Below, one piece after another: positions 38,166 through 52,630 of a stretch of DNA of 64,000 nucleotides. Within the stretch, counting starts at the first letter, position 1. Each line of letters starts with the position of its first letter. Source of the stretch: Mytilus trossulus (lineage: Eukaryota); contig NC_086373.1 in the NCBI RefSeq assembly GCF_036588685.1, forward strand, positions 21,576,001 through 21,640,000, in the 5' to 3' direction. A program made the position numbers and the translations under genes. Below the pieces are notes generated by a model. It saw only the letters and a list, made by a program, of their open reading frames with translations, was not told where the DNA came from and did no database searches.

Positions 38166-39049
38166 TTACCACGTGTTAGATTGTGGTTAGTTATAACGTC
38201 GTCTGATATTACTATTACCGAACGTGACATATTCACGATTGTGACTGTTTTTCTAAGTGTGAATTCGTATTGCTTGAAAACGTGGCACGGTACTTTTACA
38301 TCCTAAACTAATTTGTTGGGTTTTGATGTAGTGTTTGTTGTTTTCAACGGCATCGAATTTTTTCAAATGTTTTAACGTTTGTAGTTGTAAATCGTATTTT
38401 TTCTGTTGTATTATAGTGTTGTATTGGGGATAACTACTCCTCCAGTTCATTTGGAAGATTTAATTATGGATCAACGAAATTTAAACTATATATTTGGTTT
38501 GCAGTTTGATCAGAAGAAACAACCACAAAGCTGGATAAAACAATTAATTATCTAATAATACTTCAAATAAATATTAATTAGTTTTATAATTTTCACTATT
38601 ATTAATAGAAGTTAGACGAGTCAAAAAAATCGAATCTTGAATTTCATACAAATTCTGTTAATTTTCGGAATACGTTTTAGAAATTTATATGTGACGTCAC
38701 TTTGGGCGATGCATTGACTATGGATAACAGGGCTGTGATTTTGTGATTTTTTTCGTTTTTTATTCTCTAGCTAGTCACCACTTCAGTTTAATCAGTTTAA
38801 TCATGTATATCTATTATATAGTCATTTTATAAAAAATACTGTTTTGCAAAACTATGTATTATTCTTGATAATAATGATGTTTTGTCCCAGGCGGATAACC
38901 CTAACCGCACAACTTTTTTTAAATTTTGGTCCTCGGCGATCTTCAACTTGGTAGTTATGGCTTTCAAACTTTTTACATCTGAGCATAATTTTGTGTGGAC
39001 GTAGCGCGCGTCTGGTGTATAAAACTATTTGTTAACCTGTTACCTTTAG

Positions 39050-39415
39050 ATGGCTATTATCCGTTTGTTTCTCTGTCCTATATTTTCTCCCATTTATTTG
39101 TTTATCTATTGTAACCCTGTCGTGTAATGTTGTAATTTTAATGTTATAATTAGCACTGCCATTAAAGCAGGAGGTTTGGCATGCCACAAAACCATTTTTT
39201 CATAAAATGCTCTGTACCAAGTCAGGAAAATGGCCATTGTTACATTATAGTTCGTTTCTCTATGTGTTACGTTTCGGTGGTGTGTGTCTGTTGTGTCGTA
39301 GTTCCCTTATATTTGATAAGTTTCCCTCAGTTTGAGTTTGTAACACGGATTTGTTTTTTTCTCTTCCGATTGATGAATTTTGAACAGCGGTATACCACTG
39401 TTGCCTTTATTTATA
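39050..39415 (+). repeat. Interspersed repeat, related to the inverted copy at ~43243-43790
   Basis: Shared segments GAGGTTTGGCATGCCACAAAACC, TGTACCAAGTCAGGAA..TGGCCATTGTT and the 3' end TTTTGAACAGCGGTATAC.ACTGTTGCCTTTATTT. Confidence 0.8.
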
Positions 39416-40015
39416 TAGTTTGATTTGCAACTGTTCTGAATTTTGTTTACCATGTATCGAATCGAAAGAATGAAGTATATTGTAAAACAGATGGTGGTCC
39501 AAATGGATAAAAAGTCTTCCTGACCTCACAACCATAAATAAAAAAATTAATCATACATATGTCAGCTGGTTTTTACACTTGGAAATGCGGCAAATAAGTT
39601 TTTTCACAACTAATGGTTGTAACATTTACATGATTTTTTAAAATAAAATCCTTTTGACACAAAGAAAAAAGTATCAGAGGCACCACATTTTAAATATTAA
39701 TAGTTAATTAATAGGTATGTAAACAATTTGATGAACATATTAAACATTTACAAAATTGTATCATCATCCATAACGTTTTCAATGCACTATTAGCTATGAT
39801 GACAAAACATTTTTCGGGACATGTTTTGGGTTTTAAACACAATTATTGTAAGAGTCCATGAAATTAGCAATTACTGTTAATTCACAAGTTAACAATTAGT
39901 GCACGTGTTACCTCATGGTTCATGTGCTTGCACTTAAAGTATGATGATTACGTTATGAAAACATAGGTGAAAACGCGACATTTTAGTCTTTAAGGTAGAT
40001 GTGTGGTATAATAAA

Positions 40016-41188
40016 CTAATAATCTTTACATACGCAAAACATAAACAAACGTTTCAAAAATGTTTTGGATTCATTTCGAAATTTGGTATCCATGAAAGCA
40101 TAAATGAAAGGGTTCACAATATTGTTAATTATAAACATATCCGATATGAACAGCACACCTGATCTTTTCCCTGTTGACATTTCCTCCCAAAAATCCTTGT
40201 TAACTCCTTCAATAATCAGCAATATTACCTTTGAAATATAACAAAGCAAAAATATCGAGGTTATGACGAAAAACATAATTGTAATATTATTGGTAATTCG
40301 ACGATTAATTTTCTGTCGTCTCATTGATCCACTCTGCTTAGGAGTATTTCCCATTGAAATTGTCATGTCCTGATTTACGTTTAAATTATTTGGATCACGA
40401 ATAACTGTTGAATTCTCAATATCTTTTTCCGTTTCAATCAATTGCACGTCTCCACTCAGAGAAGCAGCACTTATTTCGATCGAAATTGTCTTTCCTTCCT
40501 GGTCTGAATCGTTTTGCGTATGCTTGCTCTTCGGTGTATTGGCCTTAAGCTGATGGAATATTGTATACCCGATTTTGGAATATAAAATTATAAGCGATGA
40601 TGTTACCACAACGGCAAATGTTCCTAATACAATTGAGTACACAATCGGGACTATTGTTTTGCCATCTTTTATTCCACCACAATGCATTCCGTCTATCCCA
40701 TGCTCAGAGCTGTAAAAGGAATTCGTTTCAAACACAAAGGGTAAAGGTAGCGCAATAATAAATGAACACAAATTTGCGAGACATAACGAAACTCTTTTTA
40801 CCGAAAGTTGCATTGGAGATTTCAGAGGATGACACACTTTTAAATATCGCTGAATAGCTATAATGAGTAAAACAAATATTGGAACGAAAGTAGTAAATCC
40901 AGCAAAAAACTCTGCTGTCTTGCAGACTATACTGTTTGAAAAAACTACTTGGTTTAGACATTCATAAATTGCAAAAGACCCAAGATATACACTTGCTATC
41001 ATGTCAAAAACAGCTAAAATTGGTATGAAATATCTTTCATCTGATAGGTCCTTCATACGGAGTGTATAAACGATCAAAACGATACCGTTTCCAAAAATTC
41101 CTGTCATGATATATAGAGAGAGTAAGACAATATTTGGTATAAGACTTTTCACTATTTCATCATTCCATTCCAATGCCGTAACATTCAT
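40016..41188 (-). CDS. Intronless class A GPCR, tandem paralogue of 35798-36946, 390 aa
   Basis: Same motifs (GN, LAVFD, QRY, NPFIY). Long stretches are identical to the neighbouring gene, and the 3' flanks are also homologous. Confidence 0.93.
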   Translation of the reverse strand: MNVTALEWNDEIVKSLIPNIVLLSLYIMTGIFGNGIVLIVYTLRMKDLSDERYFIPILAVFDMIASVYLGSFAIYECLNQVVFSNSIVCKTAEFFAGFTTFVPIFVLLIIAIQRYLKVCHPLKSPMQLSVKRVSLCLANLCSFIIALPLPFVFETNSFYSSEHGIDGMHCGGIKDGKTIVPIVYSIVLGTFAVVVTSSLIILYSKIGYTIFHQLKANTPKSKHTQNDSDQEGKTISIEISAASLSGDVQLIETEKDIENSTVIRDPNNLNVNQDMTISMGNTPKQSGSMRRQKINRRITNNITIMFFVITSIFLLCYISKVILLIIEGVNKDFWEEMSTGKRSGVLFISDMFIINNIVNPFIYAFMDTKFRNESKTFLKRLFMFCVCKDY

Positions 41189-42144
41189 GTTGATACAAAG
41201 GAATTTATCCAGTCGTCACAGCCCAAATGATCTGCTTGTACTGTTTAATACATAAATTTATAAACGTTTCTTTGTTTTGTTCCCTTTCTATTGTGGTAGT
41301 TTTAAAAAAGTAAGTGTACAAAATATTGTTTCATCTCATATAAAAGACAGTTGAGGAAATATTTGTGTTCAAGGTAGATCAGAGTTAATCTTACGTAACT
41401 ATCACATTCCTTTTTCGTGTTAACTCGGTTACAAGTTGAAATTAATATATTTGAATGTACGCATGGCTGACACTATTATTGTCGTCTGAAAATGAAGTGG
41501 TCACGTTTGGTTTAGAATTACGGAAGGTGATGGCGTTGACTGAAACAATTCTTTACTTGCTTTAACGATATTAATTTCAATACATTTATATTTTAATGAC
41601 ATGCTTTTACTAAGTCACAATCAGATTTTGATATTATGGCATTCTCACTTTTTTCTTTGTCTGTGTGTTAGTTACCTCTTTCTTACTCGTTAGCAAATTC
41701 ATTTCTATTCAAGCGACCTGTTCCGTCCAAAAGTTGAATTGACAAAACATATAAAGTCATTTGACGGGTAGATGACAATATATAATATCACAATAGAGGA
41801 TATGGCGAATGCTAACGAAATAAGAAATGTTTAGCTCATTTCACGATATCTTGGCACCTAATTAGTCTATATGAATGACAAAGCATGTGTTTCATATCAT
41901 GTAAATATAGGAAATGAGAAAAATTGAAATAGTGAAATAGTGAAAAAAACGAAATCGGAGAAAAATGTAAAAGGAGGGACGGTCAGTTTGAGTGTTTGTA
42001 AAACAAAGACATGGATAATTTAGATATTTATACTTATTGACGTTTCTTAACTTTTTTCAATTTGACATACATAATATGCATATTTTGTTGATAATTGGTA
42101 ATCATGTTGATAAATTTCCTGCAGTTTTCAAATATTTATACTAA

Positions 42145-44760
42145 GGCCACACCAATTTGATTTATAGTTCTTTGGATTTTCCCGCTCCTGTTTTTTTCGA
42201 AATCAAGTTTTGAACATAAAAAAACTACCGCTTCCGTATTTTTTTGGTTCGCATGCCGCTCCGAAATTAGTCTTGCCTTGATTTTTTTTCTCTCACTGAC
42301 GCTTTTTTCCCCTGTAATCAAAGCTGGGATCAAACGCACGTGTGATCAATAAATAAAAAGTGAAAGGAAATATCAAAATCAAAATGTCAAGCCATCAGTT
42401 GTGGTTTCGGCTAAATACCGATGACAGGCAATCATTGAACGAACGGCTATCTGTTGTTCGTGGTCATTTACATATCTTTTATGAAGCCAAAAGGGTAAAG
42501 TCTGTCAATATTTCGATATCAAAGACATATAAATTCGTCAACAGTCGTCGGCATCACCACTCATAGTCCGAGATTACTTTGACGTCCAACGGCTGTTTTG
42601 ACAGAAAATCTGGGGCTGGGGTTTGTCTGGCAAAACAGCCGTTTGACGTCAGAGTAGTTCCGGACTACACCTATCAATGTTGGCACTGACATGGATATTT
42701 CTATGTTGGGATAGTTAAACTGTGAAAATTGTGAATTTTGAAATAGATAGAACACCCTCCGATCCAATCATAAATTTAAATGAATTACCCACAGGTCCCC
42801 CTTAAAAAATGTGTTAATGAAAAAAACAATAGAACTTCCTAAAAAAACTAATACAAAATCGTGTGAACAGGGCAAGGAGATATTGATAGGCCAAGAGAAA
42901 CTGTTTTGTGACCTCATTGACTTGGCTAGTACTATAGAGTGTGGGTGGCCTTCAGACATTTTAGAATCAGGGATAATTATGCAGAATAACCTTTAAAAAG
43001 CTTTGAAGATTGTGGTATATAGCACACATCCATATAAAAGACTATGAAATTTCTATGAAATTTGTCAAAATCCTACTATCAAAATAAAATCTATCCGATA
43101 TTAATTTTTTTTCATTCCCAGAGTGCATCTTACAATTCACAGTAGTAGCTAGTTTTGATGAGAACACATATCCTTCTGTTTGTCTTTTAGTTTCCAAGCA
43201 CAGCTCTTGATATAACAATAAGGAGCTGTGGTTAATTGCCAATAAATAAAGGCAACAGTAGTATACCGCTGTTCAAAACTCATAAATCCATGGACAAAAA
43301 ACAAAATCGGGGTATCAAACTAAAAGTGAGGGAAACGCATTAAATATAAGAGGAGAACAACGACATAACACCGAAACGTAACACACACAGAAACGGACCA
43401 AGCATCAGACAAAACACCACGAGAATAACAAATATAACATGAAAACCAAATACATGAATTTGGGATAGACAAGTACCGTGCCACGTCTTATCTCAATATC
43501 TCAAAAATAAGAGAAAACACAAACGACTCAACGTTGAAATGCAACACACACATAAATGAACAATAATATAACAATGGCCATCTTCCTGACTTGGTACAGG
43601 ACACTTTTAAAGGGGAATAAAAGTGGTGGGTTAAACCTGGTTTTGTGGCATGCCAAACCTCGCACTTTAATGGCAAAGTTAAATATAACATTAAGATGAC
43701 AACATAATATTACAGTACAACAATACAAATAAATAGGAGAACATATTAGACAAAGAAAAACATGATTAATAGATAACAAAAAGCATCAAGTTTAAAATTC
43801 AATACGCCAAAAACGCGCCATGTCCACACAGAAATCAACAGTGACGCCCAGATATAAAAGATCGAAAGGGTAAAAAGTACAAAGTTGAACAGCACTGAAG
43901 ATCAAAAGTTGAAAAGGTTTCGCCAAAAACGGCATTGTTTTTATGCCCGGGATAAGAACATTCTTATTATATAGAATAAGACAACTATCCACCAAAATTC
44001 AAAGAAGTACATGTAGATAAAAGTAATTATAGGCAACCAAATTCTTCAACCATGAGAAAATCACATCGTTTGCTTAGGGCCTTTCCAGAATTAATTGTAT
44101 GGGAGAGGAAGGCACCTGTACTATATACAGGTGCCTTCCTCCACAATACAATGTAACAGTATTACAATTTGATGGGTGGTATTTGAGAAAGATTGCTTGA
44201 ACATTTCAATGAAATATCCAATTTAAAATGTATGCATGGTGGGGTCAAATAAATAAAAAGTACCTTCCTTCCCTCCCCCATTACATTAATTTTTGGAACA
44301 GCCCTTGGTAGAATTTAACCTTAAACATTGTAAAAAAAGGTTTTTCATCAAAAATTTACATACTGAAAGTATCAATTTTATAATTTTCGTGTGTTTTGCA
44401 TACTTTTTTTTTTACATTTGTGAAGGTCATTGGTATTGCCATTTCTAATTCACATTTTTTCAAATATTTGCTTCTGAAAGGTGAAAGAATCTACAGTTGC
44501 TTGCTTGGAGTCAGAATATAGTACTCAAATGGAATAACAGGCCTTATGCATCAAAACATCAGTGCTGTTTCTTCTGGTTATATTTGATAAAACTAGCATG
44601 TAACAATTAAACAAAATATATCGCTCGCTCTTTTTTTCAGATCACTCGCCTGTCAAAAACTCATTTTCAAGAATTTTTTAAAAACAAAAAAAATTCGCTC
44701 GCTCTCCTCATATTTTTAAGAGCAAATGTCCGAAGAACTATTTATCAAATTGGTGTGGCG
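42145..44760. mobile_element. Decayed DNA transposon with TAA TSD (PIF/Harbinger-like), containing nested repeats
   Basis: TAA-GGCCACACCAATTTGATTTATAGTTCTT ... AAGAACTATTTATCAAATTGGTGTGGCG-TAA. The two ends could alternatively belong to separate copies. Confidence 0.6.
44076..44305. mobile_element. MITE with imperfect TIRs
   Basis: AGGGCCTTTCCAGAATTAATTGTATGGG ... CCCATTACATTAATTTTTGGAACAGCCCT. Confidence 0.6.
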
Positions 44761-44964
44761 TAAAGATGCTATTGAAGCAGTTGATGGAAAATTTGTCCAA
44801 CTGACTTCGGTAAGAATTAAAAGTCTTTTGTAAAACTTTAGAATAGCGTGTTAATACTTAAAGAATATTTTCTGAGGGAAAGAATAAATAACGTAAACAT
44901 AAAACTGTTGAATAATGTGCATATTTTGTGGTATGTTAGTTTTAAAATCAAAGAAAACAAAACA

Positions 44965-45321
44965 GTTATACCACTGTCCCAGGTTAGGGGAGGGTTGGGA
45001 TCACTCTAACATGTTTAACCCCGCCACATTATTTATGTATGTGCCTGTCCCAAGTCAGGAGCCTGTAATTCAGTGGTTGTCGTTTGTTTATGTGTTACAT
45101 ATTTGTTTTTCGTTCAATTTTTTACACAAATAAGGCCGTTAGTTTTGTCGTTTGAATTGTTTGACATTGTCTTATCGGGGCCTTTTATAGCTGACTATGC
45201 GGTATGAGCTTTGCTCATTGTTGAAGGCCGTACGGTGACCTATAGTTGTTAATGTTTGTGTCATTTTGGTCTTTTGTGGATAGTTGTCTTATTGGCAATC
45301 ATACCACATCTTCTTTTTTAT
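44965..45321 (+). repeat. Longest local copy of the SINE-like family
   Basis: Homologous to 3396-3527, 10022-10310 and many decayed copies in 51-63 kb. Confidence 0.75.
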
Positions 45322-45510
45322 GTTATCAAAGGTACCAGGATTATGTTATTGTACCCAGACGCCCGTTTCGTCTACATAAGACTCATCAGTGAGCTCATAT
45401 GAAAATTGTTATAAAGCCAAACAATTACAAAGTTGAAGAGCATTGATGATCCAAAATTTCAAAAAATTGTGCCAAATACGTGCTCAGGTAATTTATGCCT
45501 GAGATAAGAT
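45322..45510 (-). mobile_element. Partial retrozyme-like unit with a hammerhead core
   Basis: Homologous to 52194-52550. The minus strand reads CTGATGAGTCTTATGTAGACGAAACGGGCGTC. Confidence 0.7.
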
Positions 45511-48500
45511 AATACAAATATTCTTCTCAGTTATCTACACAAAATTATATATCTATGTATGCATTATTATATGACATTTTTGCACCGATACTATTACATG
45601 TATATAAGCTGGGAATATACTAAGAGAATATTATTTTTGTATTTATACATTGTCTGCCTGAATGAAAAGCCACTGATTGACACCAAATAATGCTATTCGT
45701 TCCTTTGAAATATTTGTCAATATGATTGAAAATAATATAGCATGCAAGTGATTGTGAATGCTATCCAACAATATAGTTTAGCAACAACATGAACCATCCA
45801 GAGGAAAACCAAGTTGAATAAAAGAGAGACGAAAGATACCATAGGGACGGTCAAACTCATAAATCGAAAACATATCGACAACGCCTGTATAATACTACTG
45901 CCGAGACGATTGAAAGTTGACTGTCCGTCTGGTATCTTTCGTCCCTCTTTTTGAGAATACACATCAAAGGAGTAAGTCCGGTTATCACCAATTTTGGCAT
46001 CAAATTTCAGGAAGATCTGATGAAAGATTTGGACACTTTTATATCACGTAAGTGTCTTTTGCAGTCGATTCAATTAGTTCATGTGAAAGAGTTTATCTGA
46101 TCTAGTCATTGAAGACCTCAAATTCAATCTTAAATATGAATAAATCTATCAAATATGCCATATAATGCCACTTTACAGATATTTTTTTGTTTGTTAAAAA
46201 TATAAGTAGCCGCATTCGTGATCATTCTAAACCTTTATATATGCTATGTTTTATCATCCAATACAATATACTTGTATATATTAAGATTGAATACAAATGC
46301 GGCAAATTCCATTTAAAATGAGACCCGCCTAAAAATTAGCTCAAATGCTAAGATTGCAAAGATTTCAGTAATTGTGCATGACTTAATTATGTTAGTATCC
46401 GATATATGTGCATTGTATTGCTAACTACAGTCCAAATTTATAAAGCAAGAGTATTCTTTCCAATAAATAGCTGAAAGTTTAAATTTTATCAATTTTGTAA
46501 ACTATATTCAGGAGCCAACAAGGGCCTTTCTGGTCTTACTTGTCTCACTCTTTTAGTAAATGAACTAAGATGTACACAATTATAGATCTACTTTGCCTAA
46601 CGGACATAGTAAATCAAGCTTTCATTACCATCTTTGTAGAGAAGTAGTACAATTACTCATACGACAACTATCCACCAAACTTCAAATGAAATGGGTGGAA
46701 GCAATTATACACAACCGTGCAGCTTTCAACAAAATCAGATCCTCATACCGTATAGTCGGTAGGTTTGCTGAGTAGTGTATTTTGAAATGTTATTTTGTCT
46801 TATAGTCAGTCTGATGGTATTGTTCTTTCTTCGAATAATGGTTCATGATTACCGTTTTGTATCTTTTACCTGTTACAGTTTTGGTTTAATTTTTTTGTCT
46901 CTCGTTAAGTTGTTTCATCATTAAATTAAGAATTTGAAAAAGTCGTTCAGTTGATAAAGTTGAGACATTGAACCGACAAAGTGTCATTAATTTCGTTGAA
47001 TGGCTTACGAGCCGATTTAGCGTAAATCTAGAATTTGAATATTATTTTTGATGTAAATAATAGTATCGGAAACTGCATGCCTCAATGAAGGCATTTAAAT
47101 TCTAGGGAAATGTTTTTGTTATTAAGATTTGTTTTCCTCAATATCAAGCTTTTGTTGGTTTGTAACTTCCTGTTTCATATACTAGTACTCAAATCACTCA
47201 ATGTAAATCATTTCATTTATAAAATCTAAGTACCTACTAAGCAATTCCCAGTCTTAATGATTGCAGGGAATAAAGATCAAGATTTTAATTACTACTGCAT
47301 CATCAAAACAAAAACACATTTGTTTATCTGTATAAACAATCCTGGGTAAATAATAGCAGAGAGTAAAAAAAAGCAAAGGAAGAGAATAACAAACATGTTA
47401 TTTCGATTTGAAAACGGGTTTATCGTCAAGATAATCTTGTAGAATACTAGGAAAGACTAAGAACTCGGATGCCAATAAATCAACTTGAGGAAGTGTTTTG
47501 CATCTACATAAATACAAATAATTATAAAAAGAAAAATATTTCTCATTTTCAGTATTCAGTGCAGATATATTTTTATATAAATAAGAAAAAGAACACACAT
47601 GCCACTTACCGTTGAAACTTGCAATTAGGAGAATATCCTGGAACACAATACGTGATCATTTTTTCTGAACTACCGTTTACAAAACATTAAAGATTCAATA
47701 ACAATATGATTTGCAATTACTTTCCCGGAAACAGGTGCGCGTTTAGCTTTATCTTTAGTAATCAATAATCTTCTGAATCTTATATCTACATAAGTACAAG
47801 GATTTGACATGTGAACATTGATTAATTTTCCTTAAAAATATCAGGAAAGTACCAATTGCCTCAGTGATTTGATTTCAAGGATTTATCAATCAATACATAA
47901 ATGTGTGTTTTCTTCCAAGTATATTTTCTGTTGAATTAACTAATGAGCGTACACTTGACTCTTTACATAGCAGTTAATTTCGAAGAAAAATTAATTTTGT
48001 AAAGAATCAAAGACAACATGTTGATTTCAAGCTGCACGTCATTTTAAATACAATATTCAAGTCATGCAAATAATAAATCAAGAAGTTATCGAGGTGATTC
48101 TTTGCCCACTGAAAGCTTGGTTATGAACGGATAAAAGTTTTCTTTCAATATTCTAAACGCAGCGTCGTTCTAAAAATGCATGGAATATTTGCAAGTGGAC
48201 GTTAACAATGCAAACAAAAATTAATAATCTAAATGTAGGAAATACCCTAACTTTATTTTGCATCAATAGGTTAGATATATTTAAAAAGTTCCCATTATAA
48301 AAATTATATGATCTTAATTGTTTATATAAAAATTTATATCACACCAACGTCATGGTAAGCGAACTTCTAACCAAAAACTTTAACCTGATTCGTGATAGAC
48401 GCACGGACGGACACATAACTAGAAATCATGATGCTCCCACCTTACGTACTGTCGTAGGCTAGACATAAAACAATAATATTGTTGTAATTGTCAGCTTATA

Positions 48501-48763
48501 ATTCGATAATTCTTCAGTTAAATTCCTGATATCCCCGAGCGATGGCGTGTTAAGAAAGTAATCACATTCATTTACCATTTATGAACATATAAAGAAATGT
48601 GTACATAAATGGATGTCACAAGGGACAGATTATGAGACAAAATATAAGATTAAATTTGTAAAATATAAATAAGAAGATGTTTATATAAAATAGAAATGTT
48701 TGGTATGATTGCCAATGAAACGATTATCCACCAGAGTCCAAATGACTAGGATGTTAGCAACTA

Positions 48764-49730
48764 TAGAATAGAATAGAAGATTTATTTTCGCCAAAGTAAA
48801 TGCCCTTGGCGGCCATGGAGCATATAAACAATATCATTACAAATAATAACATATATAATACAGCATATTATAATTCAATTCATTGTGTTGACATGGACTT
48901 CAATACACCAGGTTTATGTATTTTGACTATCAAATAAACAGGAGGATTAAGCAGTGTGTGCCTTTTGGAGACATCTCTATAAACAAGAAGTCACATTTAA
49001 CTTTGAGGTGTAATGCAAAAACATTTGATAAAGGATTTTAGACAAATTTGCAGTAAGAAGATTAAAGATTATTGTCAGCCACCAATGATCACCTATGTAC
49101 GGTACCACACACAGTGGTCAGTGTAGAATTAATAGAGTATCCAAACTCATATTATATATAGTATCTTTTATATATTTATAAAATGTAAATAGTACATTGG
49201 GATCTTCCTTATTCATTATCCAAATGACTTTGTTGTCATTATGTTAATACATGTATTGGAAATTTGAACATGATTTTGATATACTTTGCATCAATTCCTC
49301 TCTTTGTAATAAATGGGCAGCCCATTTAAATAAAAACTTAACTTCATCTTCATCTTCAACGTTACCTAGCATGCACCTGAGACAAATTTGGTTTTATCGA
49401 ACAGTACCCTGGTATCTGCTAGATTCAATTGGCTATTTGGGAACTGATTTTTCTTAATATAGTTATAAATTTCCTTTGCTAAAAGAATAGCATTATTTAC
49501 AAATATTTTTCAAAACCAAAACAACTCTTTAATGTTACAAAAGTTCGTAAATAACCATCTCCGTGTATATCTAGCTGTTTTCCCCCAAATTGCAATAAAG
49601 ATCCCCTTAACAATCTGACCACAGTCTAATTTAGATGTTGAATATTTTGCCGGTTTTATATTAGACATTGTTTCTTTAAAACGTTGATCGATCCATAACA
49701 AGAAGGCTTTTTTTCCTTTCAAATAGGATT
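48764..49730 (-). mobile_element. Decayed non-LTR retrotransposon 3' end
   Basis: Minus-strand remnant PIESSRYQG...ICLRCMLGNVEDEDEVKFLFK resembles the IETGRY..CxxC..EDExHFL.C C-terminal motif. It ends in AATAAA followed by a (TTCTA)n tail. Confidence 0.55.
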
Positions 49731-52228
49731 CTAGAACAATCATATGCATGTTTCAACAAGAAACATGTGGTGCCACTATTGTTAACGCTGCCAATATCTT
49801 TATACATATTGGTCATTGTGCGGCCTTAAAACATGAGAGAACTCATACAGTAAACTCAGCTGTTACATGTGACCCCCAACAAGTACTTGTTAGAAACATG
49901 GACATAAGAAGAGTAATTAGTATTAAAGCTTATTTTTGGTTTAATGGTCTATAGACATATTCGTCAAAGCTAATGGGGTATTTTATTTTAGAAACTTGAA
50001 ATACTTTATTTATAGACTAGAAGTGGTTGTGACAGACGTGAGGTAACATCGAGATGTCTTGATGTATTGTACCGTTGGGTTGTCATCACATGGACAAACA
50101 CCTCACATTTCGTTTCATGCATATGTCAATGTTGAGGACCTACATTCCATGAATAAATGATCACAAATTATTCAAACAATTGTTTTTATCATATTTTGAC
50201 ATCTGGTTAAGATTACAAAATCATTCGTATACAAGGATATTAATATTTCAACCAATAAAAGGTCATTAACAGCCATAAGGATCAATTGTATAAATGCAAG
50301 GTCAGTAATTTGTCTATTATCATCATTACTGTATTTTCCCACAATATTGTTTTGATGGTGTAGGCGAATAATTTCTTTTGACAACGCTCAGTTATAATGA
50401 AGTATAATATTAATTTTAAAAGATAACTTGTCAGTGTTTTTCATATACTCTATATACATGTTTCAATATTTTTTCTTAATCATATTTAGTCATTACCTAC
50501 AATATGGATGTTAGATTGCATGTGTTGCTTGTGTGGATATTGTATGACCATTGTGATTTATATTAATGTTTTTTGCTCTGTATTGGCCCTTTAGTTAAGA
50601 ATAAAGACATTTATTTTGATTTGCCTTGGTTTATATTAAATTTGATCGTTTTTTTTTTTGGAAGTTGCATTGCACGTAGTCGATATCATGGCTGAAGGAG
50701 GTAGTGCCAAAACACGCAATACTGTTAATTCAGAAATCAAAATGCGATACTCGTTATAATTTCGATTTTTAAAAACAATTGCATACACATATATGTATAA
50801 TCTAGTAAAATGCGAATTTTTATTAGTGCGACACTAATCACGTCGCATACATCGCATTAATGAAAAATCTCGCAATAATTTCGAAATTTAAAAGTAAACT
50901 GCGCCTGGCGATGATCAACATTAATTTTCTCTCTGACTTTTTGCCGAAATCATGGGGAATGAGATCACTGTCGATACTATTATTTGTGGACTTTCAGTGT
51001 TATAAAACTATGTCGTATCAACCTGCTCACATGAAATTTCATAACGCCTTATTTCTATATATTTTTTCAAAACATAAAGCATTCGACCTTTTTGTTTTTT
51101 TCTTGTTTCAATATTTGTTTTTATAATGATTAAGATTATCACACAAAATTGACTCCAAAACACATTTTTACACTTTTTACCTATTATGTCTGTTTGTTTT
51201 GGTCACGTTTTATTGTCAATACGATTGAAATGTATGCGACTGTCATACAAGTGTGAGGTTTAACTAGCTATAAAACAAGGAAAACAAGGTTTAATTCAAA
51301 ACTTTCTAAATAAGAAAATGCCTGAACTAAGCAAGGAATGTGACAGTTGTTATCCATTTGTTTGATGTGTTTGATCTTTTGGTTTGGCCATTTGATTATT
51401 GACTATTCTGTGTTTTATTTTCCCCAAAGTTCGGTTTTTATTGGGATTTTACTGTACATATGAACTAGTTTGATCATATTTTGACATCTGGTTAAGTTTA
51501 CATAAACATTTCTAAACAAGGTTATAAATATTTCAACAAACCAAAGGTCATTAAAAGCCATAAGGATCATTTGTATAAATGCAAGGACAGTATTTTGTCA
51601 ATTATCATTAATACTGTATTTCCCACTATTTTCTATTGATAGTGTAGGCGAATAATTTATTTGTCAAAGCTCAGTCTTAATGTGGAATATAATATTAGTT
51701 TGGAAGGATGACCAGTGAGTTTTGTTCCAGCTATCCGGTGGTTTTCACAGATTTTCTTTATCCGGAAGAATTTTATTTATATACTGTATATACATGTTTC
51801 CATCTTTATTCATTAAGAATTAGTTTTTATGTTAGATTGCATGTATTGGTTGTGTGGATATTATATGATTTTTGTGATTTGTTTTCATTCATGTCCTATG
51901 GAAGCCTTTCAATTAGGAATAAACACATTATACGATTCGCTCGTGTATGTAACAATGTTTTAGATTTTAACGATAGAAATTTATGTATTACTGAAAAATT
52001 ATTACACAAGGGTTTTCGATATCACAAATAAGTCAAAACATTTACTAAATTTTATCATCGGTATAAAGACATCATTCGTAAATATAGCTCAACATGCAGA
52101 CTTCTAATACGTTCAGGTATTTCATATCCAATTCTTTATGGAAATATTCTTTATAAAGCACAAAGGTGTCAGTATTCACCTCAGAAACTTACAAAATAGT
52201 TATCAAAAGTACCAGGATTATAATTTTA

Positions 52229-52273
52229 TACGCCAGACGCGCGTTTCGTCTACATAAGACTCATCAGTGACGC
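52229..52273 (-). ncRNA. Type I hammerhead ribozyme
   Basis: GCGTCA CTGATGA GTCTTATGTAGAC GAAA CGCGC GTC TGGCGT: intact core, stem II GTCT/AGAC, GUC cleavage triplet, stem I GCGTCA/TGGCGT. Confidence 0.85.
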
Positions 52274-52585
52274 TCAGATCAAAATAGTTAAAAAGCCAAA
52301 TAAATACAAAGTTGAAGAGCATTGAGGATCCAAAATTCCAAAAAAGTTGTGCCAAACACGGCTAAGGTAATCTACTCCTGGGGTAAGAAAATCCTTAGTT
52401 TTTCGAAAAATTCAAAGTTTTGTAAACAGAAAATTTATAAAAATGACCATATAAATTAATTTTCATGTCAACACCGAAGTGCTGACCACTGGGCTGGTGA
52501 TACCCTCGGGGACGAAACGTCCACCAGCAGTGGCATCGACCCAGTGGTGTAAATAGTTATCAAAAGTACCAGGATTATAATTTTA

Positions 52586-52630
52586 TACGCCAGACGCGCG
52601 TTTCGTCTACATACGACTCATCAGTGACGC
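52586..52630 (-). ncRNA. Type I hammerhead ribozyme (second copy)
   Basis: Same motif 357 bp away, with one change in stem II. Confidence 0.82.

Noticed and set aside
42340-43240. Short ORFs inside the TAA-flanked element as transposase remnants
   Set aside because: I cannot recognise DDE or Myb/SANT motifs in them.
52486-52548. Second, plus-strand hammerhead in the retrozyme unit (CTGGTGA...GAAAC)
   Set aside because: The core has an A-to-G change and no correctly placed NUH triplet next to stem I. It is structured but not supportable as a ribozyme.
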